DNA of 63,965 nt, counting the filler, from Octopus bimaculoides (taxonomy: Eukaryota), in NCBI RefSeq assembly GCF_001194135.2. It is 5 parts of 4 records of this genome, joined end to end, with 100 filler letters (N's around TTAATTAATTAA, not from the genome) between each part and the next. Parts side by side here need not be neighbours in the genome. Positions count along the whole stretch, not along the records: positions 1 to 29,644 come from NC_068998.1; 4 more parts are not named here. One strand, given 5' to 3'. Of this stretch, positions 1 through 13,678 are shown in pieces; the stretch's first letter is position 1; each line of letters opens with the position of its first letter. The position numbers and the translations under genes are program-made. Below the pieces are notes generated by a model. That model did not search any database, was not told the DNA's origin, and saw only the letters and a program-made list of their open reading frames with translations.

Positions 1-362
1 GTATTTACCATGTAGGGGCTTTTCTTGCCATCGTTTTATCATGGTCCGTTGTTGTTCTAGCTTTAGTTTGGATTTCATTTGTTTTATAGCTTTTGTTGTT
101 TCTTCTTCTTCTTCTTCTTCGTATTTGTTAGGTAGATTGATTTCTTGTTTGTATTTGTCAGCTTCCTTAAATACTGAAAACAGTTTTTTGTTTTGCTCGT
201 GTTTTGTGGCTATTTGTATTAGCTTACCTTGCTTCTGGAGTAGGTATTTTTGCAGTCCTATGGTGGTTATTTTATAATAGTTTTCTAGCTGTATAAGACC
301 CCTGCCACCTTCTGTGCATTGTATATATAGCCTTTCTATTATTATTATTATTATATATAGCC

Positions 363-433
<71 letters not shown>

Positions 434-447
434 GTCATTATTATTAA

Positions 448-663
448 TGTGGTGAGCTGGCAGAATCTTTAGCATGTTGGGCAAAATGCTTAGCAGCATT
501 TTGTCTGTCTTTATGTTCTGAGTTCAAATTCCTCTGGGGTTCACTTTACCTTTCATCCTTTCAGGGTTTATAAAATAAGTACCAGCTGAGTACTGGGGTC
601 GATGTAATCGACTTAGTCCCCCTCCCCCAAAATTTCAGGCCTTGTGCCTATAGTAGAAAGGAT
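448..663 (+). mobile_element. SINE family A copy (GGTGAGCTGGCAGAA...GAGTTCAAATTC...)
   Basis: B-box-like GTTCAAATTC. Further copies at ~740-950, 966-1182, 2990-3140(-), 3640-3850(-), 4185-4372(-), 11300-11490(-), 11810-12020(-), 13080-13300(-), 16975-17090(-), 39990-40160(-) and 53500-53690(-). Confidence 0.8.
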
Positions 664-1178
664 TATTATTATTATTATTATTATTTTAATGTCTTTTGTT
701 CTATTGTCCCCCACCCCATCTGTCACCCTGGTGGCAAATAAAAGAAATCCTCATTATTATTTTTATTATTGTTATTATTATTGTTCCAGTTCTTTATATT
801 TGGAGTTCAAATCCTGCCAAGGTCAACTTCGTCTTTCACCCTTTTGAGGTTGATAAAACAAAGTATCCTTCAAATACTAAGACCAATAGTACTGACTGAC
901 CTCTTCCTTCAAAATTGATGGTTCTGTACCTAAATCAAATGCCATTATTATTACTATTATTAGTAAGGCGGTGAGCTGGTAGAATGGTTAGTGTGCCAGA
1001 CAAAATACTTAGTAACATTTTGTCAGTCTTTATGTTCTGAGTTCAAATTCTGCCAAGGTCATCTTTGCCTTTCATCCTTTTGGGGGTCAATGAAATAAGT
1101 ACCAGTGAAGTACTGAGGTTGATGTAACCATCTAGCCCCTTACCCCAAAATTCAGGCTTTGTGCTTATAGCAGAAAGG

Positions 1179-1212
<34 letters not shown>

Positions 1213-1439
1213 GTTGTTGCTGTTCTTTAGCCTCAGAGCAGTTTTGACCAAAGGCATTCCAACCATGACCAGTCCATCTTATTCCCTATTTACAGACTAC
1301 TAAAGTACCCCCATTACAAGTTAAACAGCATATAATTTTATCTCTTTTTATTAAGAGAGTGATTTGAGGGTTATTTGGTTGCTATTTTTAGCAGAAGGAA
1401 TGACTAGTGTTTAAGATGATGATACTAATATTACTAACA

Positions 1440-2590
1440 TTGTCATAACCACTGCCACCACCACCGATGCCGCCACCACCACTGCTACTACCATCACCAC
1501 TCCAGCACAACCACCAGCACCTGTAGCAGCAGCAGTAGCAGCAGCGGTAGCAGCAGCAGCAGTACCACCCCACCACCACCCTCACCACTACCACCACCAT
1601 CCTCACCACCACCACCACCACCACCANNNNNNNNNNNNNNNNNNNNNNNNNNNNNNNNNNNNNNNNNNNNNNNNNNNNNNNNNNNNNNNNNNNNNNNNNN
1701 NNNNNNNNNNNNNNNNNNNNNNNNNNNNNNNNNNNNNNNNNNNNNNNNNNNNNNNNNNNNNNNNNNNNNNNNNNNNNNNNNNNNNNNNNNNNNNNNNNNN
1801 NNNNNNNNNNNNNNNNNNCACCACCACCACCACCACCATAACCACTAGTACTACTACTACTACTACTACTACCACCGTCACTGCTGCTGTCACCACCGCC
1901 ACCGCCACAACTAACACCACCGCCACTGCCACCACCACCACTACCTTCCACAATTTCCACTACCCACACAACTGACATCCACCACTTTCACCACTGATGA
2001 CAACACTGTTGTTATTTGACCCAACATGCTAGAAACAGCAGTCAAACATTTCAATTATTACAGCCATGCTGTCTTAAAAAAAAGAATAAGCACATCATAT
2101 TGGATAATGTAATCTTAGATTCATTAAATTTGATTAAAAAAACAAGACAAAAACAAATGAACAAAAAGCACAAAAATGGAATGGTCTCTGCTAGAACGTC
2201 TGCTGAATCGAAACTGATTTGGGGCTTAGCTACTACTACTACTACTACTACTACCACCATGACTGCTACCACCATGAAAAGAACAACAATGGCGATGACG
2301 ATGATGATGATGAAAATGACGATGATTACAACTACCACCACCATCACTATTACCACCAGCACCAGCACCACCACCACCACCACCACCACTACCATCAGCA
2401 CCGCCGCTACCGCTATTACTACTACCACTACTATTACTATAATGATGATAACAATGATGACGACGATGACTACCACCACTACCACCACTACCATCACCAC
2501 CACCACACCACCATCACTGCCACCACCACCACACCACCATCACTGCCACCACCACCACCATTACTGCCACTACTACTACTACTACTACTG
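1440..2590 (+). repeat. Compound CAC/TAC/CAG/GAT trinucleotide tracts (two blocks, one gap)
   Basis: Direct reading; source of the poly-T/H/V/G ORFs. Confidence 0.9.
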
Positions 2591-3864
2591 TATTTGTGTG
2601 TAATCAATTATATCTTTTATTTTTTTCTTTTCCCCCGCCACCCCACACCTTCCTCCTCATTGTCTCCATGACCATCACCATCGTCATCATCATGACTATA
2701 TATATAAATATGTATGTATATATTTGTGTGTCTGTGTTTGTCCCCCCAACATTGCTTGACAACCGATGCTGGTGTGTTTACGTCCCCGTAACTTAGCGGT
2801 TCGGCAAAATATACCGATAGAATAAGTACTAGGCTTCCAAAGAATAAGTCCAGGAATTCATTTGCTCGACTAAAAGTGGTACTCCAGCATGGCCGCAGTC
2901 AAATGGCTGAAACAAATAAAAGAATAGATCTGTCTAATTGATATTGATCTAGAGTTAAATAATTGTTTAAAATTTTGGCAAAAGGCTAGCAGTCTTATGG
3001 AGAAAGGGTACTTATTTTATTGACTTTCAAAGGATGAAAAGCAAAGCCAACTTCAGCAGAATATAAACTCAGAACATAGAAGAAACGCCACTAAGCATTC
3101 TGTCTGTCATACAAATGATTCTGTCTGTTCTCTGACTTAACCAACAGTTAAATAATAATATTGTGTAACATAATATTTGTCCTTGGGTAGCAGCTGTTAT
3201 TTCTTATTTGCTTACCCCTAGAAAGTATGAAAAATGGCTAATATTTCTTTCAAATTTTGTTTTTGTTACGGTGTTATTCAAGCCTCAAAGAATCCTTCTC
3301 AACACATAGCTATGATGCTCCCCAATACTCCTGAGATGCACATATTGTCAGCCACTAAAGGACATGCTAAAGTGGTTAAAGTCAAGCAACTGAGAAGCAA
3401 ATCTGTAGTATTAAACAGAATATTTGCTATAACAATATTTCCACTTCAGCAATTCAGTGCTGAATCTGTCTGAAATGTAATGGGAAATAGGTCAGTTTCA
3501 AAATATTGATGTCCAGGTCACAAAAGCAAAGTTTAAAGGGAACAGTAGTCATTTCCTTTGATTTCTTGATAGAAGCAAATAGGAAATAACACTTACTGAC
3601 TGAATACATAAAAACATTTTAAATCCTGTTATTCAGTGTAATTGTTTAAAATTTTGGCAAAAGGCTAGCAAGTTTATGGAGAGAGGGTAAGTTGGTTAGA
3701 TCAACTGCAGTATTTATCTGGTGCTTGTTTTATTGAGTTCTAAATGATGAAAAGTAAAGACAGCCAAAGCAGAATTTAAACTCAAAATATAAAAAGCTGA
3801 AAGAAATGCCATTAAGTATTTTGTCTGCCAGGCTAAGGATTCTTCCTGTTCACTGCCTTAAATT

Positions 3865-4175
3865 AAACGGTAAAGATCCCCTTCAGTCATCAATTACCAT
3901 GGAAAGTTCCTCTCTGAGGCACAAGTCCGGGCAAGGTGGTTTATGGAAGATCAGCAGTCGCCCATGCATACCAGCCTCACCTTTCCACACCACTGATGTT
4001 ATCCAAGTGTAAGGCAAAAGCTAATACAGCTTGGTACCAGTGACATCACAACTCATTTCTATAGATGAGTGAACTGAATCAATGTGAAATAAAGTGTCTT
4101 GCTCAAGAACACAGCACACAACTTGGCCTGGGAATCAAACTCACTACCTCATGATTGTGAGCCTGACACTAAACT
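3865..4175 (-). mobile_element. SINE family D (related pieces at ~21480-21750, 47740-47950 and 48000-48250)
   Basis: B-box-like GTTTGATTCC on the minus strand; shared GTGAAATAAAGTGTCTTGCTCAAGAACAC block. Confidence 0.7.
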
Positions 4176-4380
4176 TAAAATTTCTGTGGATGAGGATAGT
4201 TGATTACATCGACCCCAGTGCTGAAGTAGTACTTTATTTTATCAATCCTGAAATGATGAAAGGCAAAGTCAACCTCGATGGAATTTGAACACAGAACATA
4301 AAGAGCCAGAAAAAATGCCACTATGCATTTTGTCTGACATGCTAATGATTCTGCCAGCTCACTGCTTTAACCTAGGATGA

Positions 4381-4420
<40 letters not shown>

Positions 4421-4507
4421 GCAACAACAAAAACATCTAACCTTTGTTTAATTTATGGCCACTGACCTCCAAGCAATTTAGCTTTACTGCAAGTTTTATA
4501 TATTTAG

Positions 4508-4579
4508 ACTGGAATTACAGAGAGAAACCTCCAAATTCTATAAAATGTCAATATGACCATTGTCTGCATAGAGTAAATA
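4508..4579 (+). CDS. Candidate internal coding exon, product unknown
   Basis: ttttatatatttag/...72 nt.../gtgaga; (D)WNYREKPPNSIKCQYDHCLHRVN. Phase-compatible with 5878-5927. Confidence 0.3.
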
Positions 4580-5105
4580 GTGAGATAGTTGGGGGAAAAA
4601 AACACAATATTGATTTACCTACTTCTCAGTCATGAGTCAGAAATCTGTTGATAGTGATTTATAGTGGTTCAGAATAAAGCAATGAACAAACATTCTGTTC
4701 TATATTGCTTCAGTTCACCTTGTTTTTAAGCAGAAGTACTAATAAGAACCTTCTGAAAAGTTCTCTGCAGTTGACTGTTGTTTTATCCAGCAAAAGACGT
4801 ATCTCACATCTGCTTTACACCTTCAAAACTGAAGCTGAATTACCAGTTTTCAAGAGTTTTTCAGACTTTGCTCTTTTATTCTTCTACTTGTTTCAGTAAT
4901 TGGACCCTGGCTATGCAGGGACATTGCTTTGAAGGGTTTAGTTGGTCATATCGACCCCATTTTTTAAAGTCCAGTACTTTTTCTTTATCAAATTCTATTT
5001 GTTGAAATGCTAAGTCACATTTCTATATTTAAGAGATGAGGAATTATGTACATTATTTACATTACTTACAATTGACGGATATTTGTCCTCATTTTGTTTG
5101 TTGCT

Positions 5106-5151
5106 AACACAATGTTTTGACAGATATACCCTCCAGCCTTCTTCAGGTGTC
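5106..5151 (-). ncRNA. Degenerate copy of the same hammerhead
   Basis: Minus strand GACAC-CTGAAGA-AGGCTG-GAGGGTATAT-CTGTC-AAAAC-ATT-GTGTT. GAAAC is mutated and stem II is broken. Confidence 0.4.
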
Positions 5152-5198
5152 TTGGGGAAATTTTCAACCTGGGTTCTCATTTCTAAGGTATTTTTTGA

Positions 5199-5232
<34 letters not shown>

Positions 5233-5311
5233 GTTCAGGTCACTGCTTGGAATTGAACTTGAAATCTTGGGGTTGGTAGCCCGCGCTCTTAACCACTATG
5301 TCATATCCCAA

Positions 5312-5357
5312 GATACCTGAAGAAGGCTTGAGAGTATATCAGCTGAAACATTGTGTT
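5312..5357 (+). ncRNA. Degenerate copy of the same hammerhead
   Basis: GATAC-CTGAAGA-AGGCTTGAGAGTATATCAGCT-GAAAC-ATT-GTGTT. Cores are kept, but the stem III ACGT has become ACAT. Confidence 0.5.
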
Positions 5358-5516
5358 AACAACAAACAAGATGAGGACAAATATCTGTCAAATGTAAATA
5401 ATGTAAATAACTTAAATAATGCTAAGTCACATGTTTGAAACAAAGAGCACCAACACAAAGACAGAATCATACGCAGGCACATACATATCCTTCTTCTCCT
5501 TCTCTCTCTCTCTCAC

Positions 5517-5558
<42 letters not shown>

Positions 5559-5877
5559 ACGCACACACACATTTGACATAACTTGCTCCAGCAGTTTCTG
5601 TCTATCAAATTTCATTCACAAGGTATTGGTCAGTCAAAGGTTATAAGAGAAAACACTTTCTCAAGATATCGCACTGTGAGATTGAACCCTGAAACCATGT
5701 GGTTGTGAAGTAACCTTCTGAATCACACAGCTATATCTATACCTATAGGAGAAATTAAAAATAAATTATTGTAGCCGTACAGAAGCTTTCGAAGGCCCAA
5801 TATTATATTGTGGTCAGTGAAAAAGAGTAATGAAGTTGACCAAAAGGAACTGTTTAGATTCTCTTATTCTCTTACAG

Positions 5878-5927
5878 CTCCACTGCTGACCTCAGTATTT
5901 CCAGATGCAAATAAGCATCATATTAAG
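5878..5927 (+). CDS. Candidate internal coding exon, product unknown
   Basis: ctcttattctcttacag/...50 nt.../gtatag; (T)PLLTSVFPDANKHHIK. Confidence 0.33.
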
Positions 5928-6119
5928 GTATAGTTTTATTACTATACTCAATATATTTAGCTGCAGATATTTACTGTGTAACAATATATATTCACTCAGT
6001 CCATTCAGTTATAAAACAGGTACTATGTAAAGGTACGATTTCAAGGCCATACTCAGTCTACCTAACTGTACATATGCATCACCCCACCACACCACTGCCG
6101 TCGTTGTCATCGTTGTAGT

Positions 6120-6700
6120 CGTCATCATCATTATCATCTTCATTTTTCATCCATATTCCGTGCTGGCATGAGTTGGCTGGTTTTGACAGATCCAACAGGT
6201 CAGAGGGCAGTGCCTCAAGCTCCATTGTGTGTTTTGGCATGGTTTCTACGGCTGGATGCTCTTCCTAACATTAACCACTTTGCAGTGTGTATCTGGTGTC
6301 ACCTTGCATGTCACCTTGACTGAGGAGTTGTAGTATTGAGGGAAGTGGCTTATGCTAGGTGTTGAAAAGCAAGAACATGACAGAGGGACAAGAGTACATA
6401 TCTTGCTGTAGAGGAGATACATGGCTATCCCACCTGGAAAAGTACTATCATCATCATCATCATCATCATCGTTTAACGTCCGCTTTCCATGCTACCACAC
6501 TCGAATGTTTTTTCACATGCCACCGGCACAAGTGCCAGTAAAGCGAGGCTGGTAATGATCATGCTCAAATGGTGCTATTTACATGCCACTGGCATGGAAG
6601 CCAGACAGCTGCTCTGGCAATGATGATGTTCGGAGGGTGCTGTTAGCGCTCCACTGGCACAGGTGCCAGTCATCAAATTTGGTTCAATTACGATTTCGAT
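6120..6700 (-). mobile_element. Two RTE 3'UTR-derived fragments with (GAT)n tails
   Basis: Similar to 32175-32680. Other copies at ~7190-7560(+), 13880-14320(-), 20995-21360(-) and 62000-62090(+). Confidence 0.75.
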
Positions 6701-6942
6701 TTCATAAATTTGCTGCTGTTAACAAGTTCACCTTATTCTAAATAGGTATCATATGAAGGTACAGTTTACCTTCACACTTAGTACACAGGTGCCATGTACA
6801 AATATAACATATATAGATACTATTGTAGAAATCCTAAGTGTACTATGTACAATAGTACTATGTAAAATAGTACTATTTCTCATAGAAAATCTACCTCATA
6901 TAAACACAATCCAGCCCATGCAAGCACATGGAAAAGTGTGTG

Positions 6943-6975
<33 letters not shown>

Positions 6976-8344
6976 ATACATACACAAAGAAATTACATGC
7001 ATGTAATCAAGTAGACAAGAGAAAGTGTATGGATAAATCTAAATCAGTCCTGAGCAGGGATTCATATGGCCCTTGGGGTTCCATATGGCTGTTAGGGGGT
7101 CTATATAAGATTTTGTTGTTAAAATTAATCTCTAATAAATTGGTTATACTTCTACAATACACAAAATATCTTGACAATTTTTTATAGAATTCTTAGACCC
7201 AGGAAGACATGGGATGAAATACTGAAGAATGACCTCAAGATGCTGAACCTTTTGGGTGAGATGACAAAGGACCAAGATGTCTGGCACTTTGCTGTACTCA
7301 AGAAGATCTGTACTCTGAAGCAGAAGTGTTAAGACAGGTCCCTCTGGTGGTATAAAGCACTTGTGGTAGTGCCACATAGAAGTGCTTGTGCAGTGTCACA
7401 TAAAAGTGCCTATGTGGTGCCACATGAAAGCACCCAGCATCCAGCTGTAGAAACCATGCCAAATCAGACTGGAGTCTGATGCAGTTCCCCAGCTTACCAG
7501 CTCTGGTCAAACCACCCAACCCATGCCAGCATGGACAATGGACGTTAAATGATGATGAGGATGATAAAGATTTGATTATAAGAATATAATAGGATTTTTT
7601 TAAAACATTGAATAGGTATGAGGGTCCAGTAGATTAAAATAGGGATCAAAGGGGTTCATTAAGAAAAAATGGTTGAGGACCACTAATGTAGAGGGACCAG
7701 TGTAAATTAATTCACTAATATGCAATGGCTAAACATAGGCTGCAAGCCTCAGAGTATAAAGAAGGGATTCTACCCTCCTGGGACAGATGTCATTAACGTG
7801 GTACACCAGCATGGCCATGCCACTAGAGCTAAAGAGCTAAATAAAGGATATATGACATAATAGAGAAATGTGCTGTAAATAAATGGAATCACTTTACACA
7901 AATACCAAAAACAGAAGAAGCCTCTACCTGGTCACATGACCTACTAGACACAACAAAATCTCTCTCAAGACAACTCTCATCCCAATGCTGTCCTTTCTTT
8001 AAACAAATCAACCAATTTAAGAAACTGTTATTTAAAAAAAAATTATCTTCCTCTTTTTCTATTTGAAAGTTATAAAAATTGCCATTAGGTATTTGTTTAC
8101 TTTCTCCAACTATGAAGAAAATTTCAGTTAATTATGAATTTTTGTGTACAGCATTTAGTAAATCATCGTTTCCCTTAACCATTTAGCTGACTATATCTGA
8201 CCCAAATGTTCTATCAGTTTTTATGTTCAAATTTGCCTGACCCAAGCTCTCTCACCTACCCTACAGTGTTATTATAAAAATTAACAAACACATCACAGAA
8301 ATCTTGAAGTTATAAGATAATGCATGATTATTTCAAATCAGATC

Positions 8345-8572
8345 TATCTTATTTCTTTATTGCCCACAACGGGCTAAACATAGAGGGGACAAACAAGGAC
8401 AGACAAAGGGATTAAGTCAATTACATCGATCCTAGTGCATAACTGGCACTTAATTTATCGACCCCAAAAGGATGAAAGGCAAGGTCGACCTCGGTGGAAT
8501 TTGAACTCAGAATGTAACAGCAGACGAAATACTGCTAAGCATTTCGCCCGGCGTGCTAACGTTTCTGCCAGC
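8345..8572 (-). mobile_element. SINE family A copy
   Basis: Reverse complement of the family A consensus seen at 10175-10410. Confidence 0.8.
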
Positions 8573-9872
8573 TATCTATCTATCTATCTATCTATCTACC
8601 TATCCACACACACACACTTGTAGATATTTGTATGTTCATGCACCCACCCACGCACATATGTCAACATGACAGAATCTCCTTGCCATCATCACTTAAGAAA
8701 ACAATTCAACTCAATCTTACAAAACTAATCTCCACTACCAACAACTCAACACTAATTCTCCACAGATAAACATACTTGTCCATGCATAGATCAAGTCCAT
8801 ACAAATATATTTGTTTATACATGCACATATTTTTTTGCTTTGTCTTCTTAATATTAATATCGTTTTCTTTATACAAGAAAATATGTCTGTGTACATCGGT
8901 ATAATCTATCTATCTATCTATCTTTTTAGTTTTTTTTCTCGATCCCTTTTGATCGAACTCCCCTCTTTTTCCCTTCCTACGATCCCTTTTGATCGACACC
9001 CCCACTACTTTTTTTTCCCTTCCCACTCCCAAAAAGAAAAGCTCTTCATTGTATTTGTCCCATCTTTGTTGAGCCCTGTGTGACTAATAAAAGAAATGTA
9101 TCTATCTATCTATCTATCTATCTATCTGTCTGTCTGTCTGTCTGTCTGCCTGCCTGCCTGTCTGTTTATCTATCTGTTTTTCTATCTACCAGTCTGTTTG
9201 TTGGTCTGTCTGTTTATATTTGTTTCTAGTAATCCTACCACCCACCCATCCATCCATCCATCCATCCATCCATCCATCCATCCAGCTAGCCAGCCATCAG
9301 GCCATCCACCCATCCATATATTCATACATGGCTGTATAAACACACACACACACGCTCATGTATGTATGTATGTATGTATGTATGTATGTATGTATGTATG
9401 TATGGATGTATGTATGTATGTGTGTATGTATGTATGGATGTATGTATGTATGGTAATAGGCAGAATCTTCAGGTTATCTGATAAAATGCTTTGTGATATT
9501 TACATTCTGAGTTCAAATTTCACTAAGGGCTAACAAATGCGTGTCTATGGGATTGCTTACTCAATCTAATAGAAGAAGCAGCTAATTTCCCCTTAAATTA
9601 CACTTGAAAACAGTGATAGCCAAAGCTCTATAAGAGTGAATCAGTCATACATGATGTCTGGAAAAAACTTTATAGCTAACTTAGCTAGAATACCACTGGT
9701 TGCAGGTTGCTCAAATAGAGCTGACCTTATGTTAAACAGTTGCCTCTACTCCATAAAAGACTCCCAAAATACAATGATCAAACAACCCAGGACACACTGC
9801 CTTCTCTCCTTTTTAGGTACACTATTGGATGCAATATATCTAAGTTCTCTCAATCCACAATGATATACTTAC

Positions 9873-9999
9873 GTATACACACAGTAAATACTTCCCTTGC
9901 TCTCTCCCATCTGAATATTTCATCATCCCATTATCCAATAGTTTCGTGTTATCCTCATTGATTCCATTGTATATTGAACTGACAGTTTTTAATGCAAAT
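9873..9999 (-). CDS. Candidate internal coding exon, product unknown
   Basis: ttttcagtttcag/...127 nt.../gtaagt. One open frame: FALKTVSSIYNGINEDNTKLLDNGMMKYSDGREQGKYLLCVY (phase 2 to 0). No family recognised. Confidence 0.4.
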
Positions 10000-10174
10000 C
10001 TGAAACTGAAAATGTGTGGAAACCTGTCATTTGGAACGTCCTTGCTGTTTGGGGGGTTGACTTAATACATAACATATTCAAATTGTCATTCAGTACATAC
10101 ATACATACATACACACATACATACATACAGACATACACATAGATGCATACTTACACTCACACATACATACATAC

Positions 10175-10410
10175 GGCGAGTTGGCAGAAACGTTAGCATG
10201 CCAGGCGAAATGCTTAACGGTATTTCGTCTGCCGCTACGTTCTGAGTTCAAATTCCGCCGAGGTTGACTTTGCTTTTCATCCTTTCGGGGTCGATTAAAT
10301 AAGTACCAGTTACGCACTGGGGTCGGTATAATCGACTTAATCCGTTTGTCTGTCCTTGTTTGTCCCCTCTATGTATAGCATAGCCCCTTGTGGGTAGTAA
10401 AGAAATAACA
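10175..10410 (+). mobile_element. SINE family A copy, well preserved
   Basis: GGCGAGTTGGCAGAAACGTTAGC...GAGTTCAAATTCCGCCGAGG...; many CpGs retained. Confidence 0.85.
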
Positions 10411-11520
10411 CATACATACATACATACATACATACATACTTACATGCATACATACATACACACTCATGTATGTATAGATTTGACAGAAACTNNNNNNNNN
10501 NNNNNNNNNNNNNNNNNNNNNNNNNNNNNNNNNNNNNNNNNNNNNNNNNNNNNNNNNNNNNNNNNNNNNNNNNNNNNNNNNNNNNNNNNNNNNNNNNNNN
10601 NNNNNNNNNNNNNNNNNNNNNNNNNNNNNNNNNNNNNNNNNNNNNNNNNNNNNNNNNNNNNNNNNNNNNNNNNNNNNNNNNNNNACCATCCATTCATCCG
10701 TCTGTCTATCCATCCCTCCATCCATTCATCCTCCTTCCTTCCTTCCGTCATTCAAATAGTCATTCAGTACATACATACATACACACATACATACATACAT
10801 ACATACATACATACACACATACATACATACATACATACATACATACAGACATACATACATACAGACATACATACAGACAGACATACATACAGACATACAT
10901 ACAGACAGACATACATACAGACAGACATACAGACAGACATACAGACAGACATACATACAGACAGACATACAGACATACACACATACATACAGACATACAC
11001 ACAGGCATACTTACACTCACACATACATGCATACATACATGCACACATAGTCTCACACGTACTCTCACACATACACACACATACATACATACAGACATAC
11101 ATACATCAATGTTGTTCATTTCCAGGATTCTATGAAAAACATGTTTGGCTATGGGAAAATATTACCTGATTTGGAAACAGGTAAGGGTTGGCAACAGAAA
11201 GAGCATCCAGCCATAGAAAAAAAAACCTACCTCAATAAATTCCATTCAATTTCAGATTTCCTATGCAATCATGGAAAGGCTAACATTGGTATCAAATATT
11301 GGCACAAGGCCAATAGTTTCAGGAGAGGGAGAGAGTTGATTAAATCGGCCCCAGCTCTCAGCTGGTACTTTTCTTTATTGACCCCTAAAAGATGAAAGGC
11401 AAAGTCGATCTCACTGGAATCTGAACTAAGAACATAAAGACAGATGAAAAGCCGCAAAGCATTTCACCTAACGTGCTAATGATTTTTCCAGCTCACTTTC
11501 TTAGGACAAGTTAATATTAA

Positions 11521-11556
11521 TTGATGATGATGATGATGACGACGATGATTATGATA

Positions 11557-11611
<55 letters not shown>

Positions 11612-11662
11612 CGATGATGATGATGATGATGGTGATGATTATGATTATGATGATGATGATGA
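11521..11662 (+). repeat. (GAT)n microsatellite
   Basis: Direct reading. Confidence 0.95.
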
Positions 11663-12631
11663 ATGTCTTTGATCATAGGTTTAGTTTGTCAAGGCAATGA
11701 AGATGACAACACTTAGTTCTACTGCCTCAGGGTACTGTCATTCATAACTAACAGCCTGATTCTATACAGTTAAATCCTTTCTCTCTGAAGGTTACTTGCC
11801 TTAACAGCTGTTTCAAATTTTGGCACAAGACCAGTAATTTCAGGGGAGGTGGATAGTAAGTCAATTACATCAACCCCAGTGCTTGGCTGGCACCGATTTT
11901 ATTGACCCTGAAAGGATGAAAGGCAAAGTCAATCTCGCCGGAATTTGAACACAATATAGATATGGACAAAATGCCACTAAGCAATTTGCCTGGCATGCTA
12001 GTGATTCAACCAGCTCGTTGCATGGTGGATAAAAAGCAAAGTTAATTTGAACTCAGTGGAATTTGAACTCAGAATGTAAAGATGGACAAAGTATTTTGCT
12101 TGGTGCAGTAACCATCCTGCTAACCACTGCCATTTTTTTTTTGGGGGGTGTTAATATTGAAAACTCAAGGAACTTTTATAAAAGACAACACACCACCCTT
12201 CAATTTATGGAAATTATCTTTAAATGCTCTTATCAAACCAACCACTACAAATGAATACCCAAATTCCTCCATGACTTCAGTGTATAGCCTTCCATGATTA
12301 ATATCCTAACAGTACTCAATTAAAACTTCCATTCCAATGATGGCTCTGGGCAATGTTGAAACTCAGCCATATTTTAGTGCTGTTATCATATTTATTCTTG
12401 CCATAAACTTGACAAGTTCATCTAAAAGTACAAGTGACATCTGGATTTGTAGGTAGTGAAACATTACTTCCTTCCTTTCTTCTATCTTTCCCTCCTGCTA
12501 TTCTTTCTTCCTTCTTTCTATCCTTTCATCCTACCACCCATCCATCCACCCATCCATCCATCCATCCATCCACCCATCTTTCTCACTTCACTTTTATCAT
12601 TCAAATGGTCATGCAATACATACATACATAA

Positions 12632-12681
<50 letters not shown>

Positions 12682-13368
12682 ACATATATTTTATTATGTG
12701 CAAGCATCTATGTATACATATACATATGCAAACATATAATAGGCACAGGATAGTTACTATGTGGTCTTGAGTTCTATCTCACTGTATGGCACCTTGGGCA
12801 AGTTTTCTACTGTGGCCTCAAGCTGACCAATGCCTTGTGAGTGGAAATGGCATATTTGTAGGCATATTTAAAATTTTTGTCCTGTATGTAAATTTGAAAG
12901 ACTTATTTAAACACTGGGATGGATTTCATCTAAGCATGCTGGATTAGAGTATGCATTATTGACAATGCCTAATAAAGCAGAAATGCATTTAGCATTCTCA
13001 TTTGTTACAGTAGGGATAAGTTCTGTCTCCCTCCAATATATACATATTGTATTTTTAAACACAGCTCACCCATAGGAGATATTAGTTTCAAAGTTTGGTA
13101 CAAGATAAACAATTTCGGGGGTGGGGTATGTCAATTATCTCCACCCCAGTACTCAGCTGGTACTTATGTCATTAACCCTGAAAGAATGAAAGGCAACGTC
13201 AACTTTGGTGGAATTTGAACTCAGAACATTAAGACATACAAAATGTCACTAAGAATTTTGCCCAGTGTGCTTATGATTCTGCCTGCTCACTGCCTTGTCT
13301 GCAAGAGATATTATCTTTGGACAAATACTGCAGTGAATTTTGCTTATCATAATGTATTTATATTAAGG

Positions 13369-13678
13369 ATGATACATAAATGGCTTCTCCTCTCATGTCA
13401 CCATGTCAGTACCGATCAAACAGAGCTAGGACAAAAAGCATTTCTTGTGGTAACCATCCTATCTCTTATTCAGGCATAGTACATACAAAATTACACTATC
13501 AGGTATGTTATTGTCTTCTTAAGTAGATTTTAGTTGTTCTTACTAGTTTAAAGAGGGACAATTTCAATAAGAAAGATTTGTTTTTTAGTCAGAGGAATAA
13601 GTGCAGCATCCACAAGTTTTCTTGTGCTTTCAATACTGATAGGAAAAAGGTGAAATTCCTCAGTGGTGTTAAATCAAG
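13369..13678 (+). repeat. Copy 1 of a ~310-bp local direct duplication
   Basis: About 8 differences from 17141-17451 by eye. Confidence 0.95.

Larger units (their letters stand above)
5021..5417 (-). mobile_element. tRNA-headed, hammerhead-bearing SINE-like element with an inverted copy of its tail and a 15-bp TSD
   Basis: Minus-strand copy (tail from 5021, (AAT)n, tRNA-like head to ~5306) followed by a plus-strand tail copy (~5307-5410). Flanked by direct repeat AATGCTAAGTCACAT at 5006-5020 and 5418-5432. Confidence 0.75.
9095..11110 (+). repeat. Tetranucleotide microsatellite clusters (TATC, CATC, TATG, CATA, CAGA)
   Basis: Direct reading; dense at 9095-9450 and 10410-11110. Confidence 0.85.
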
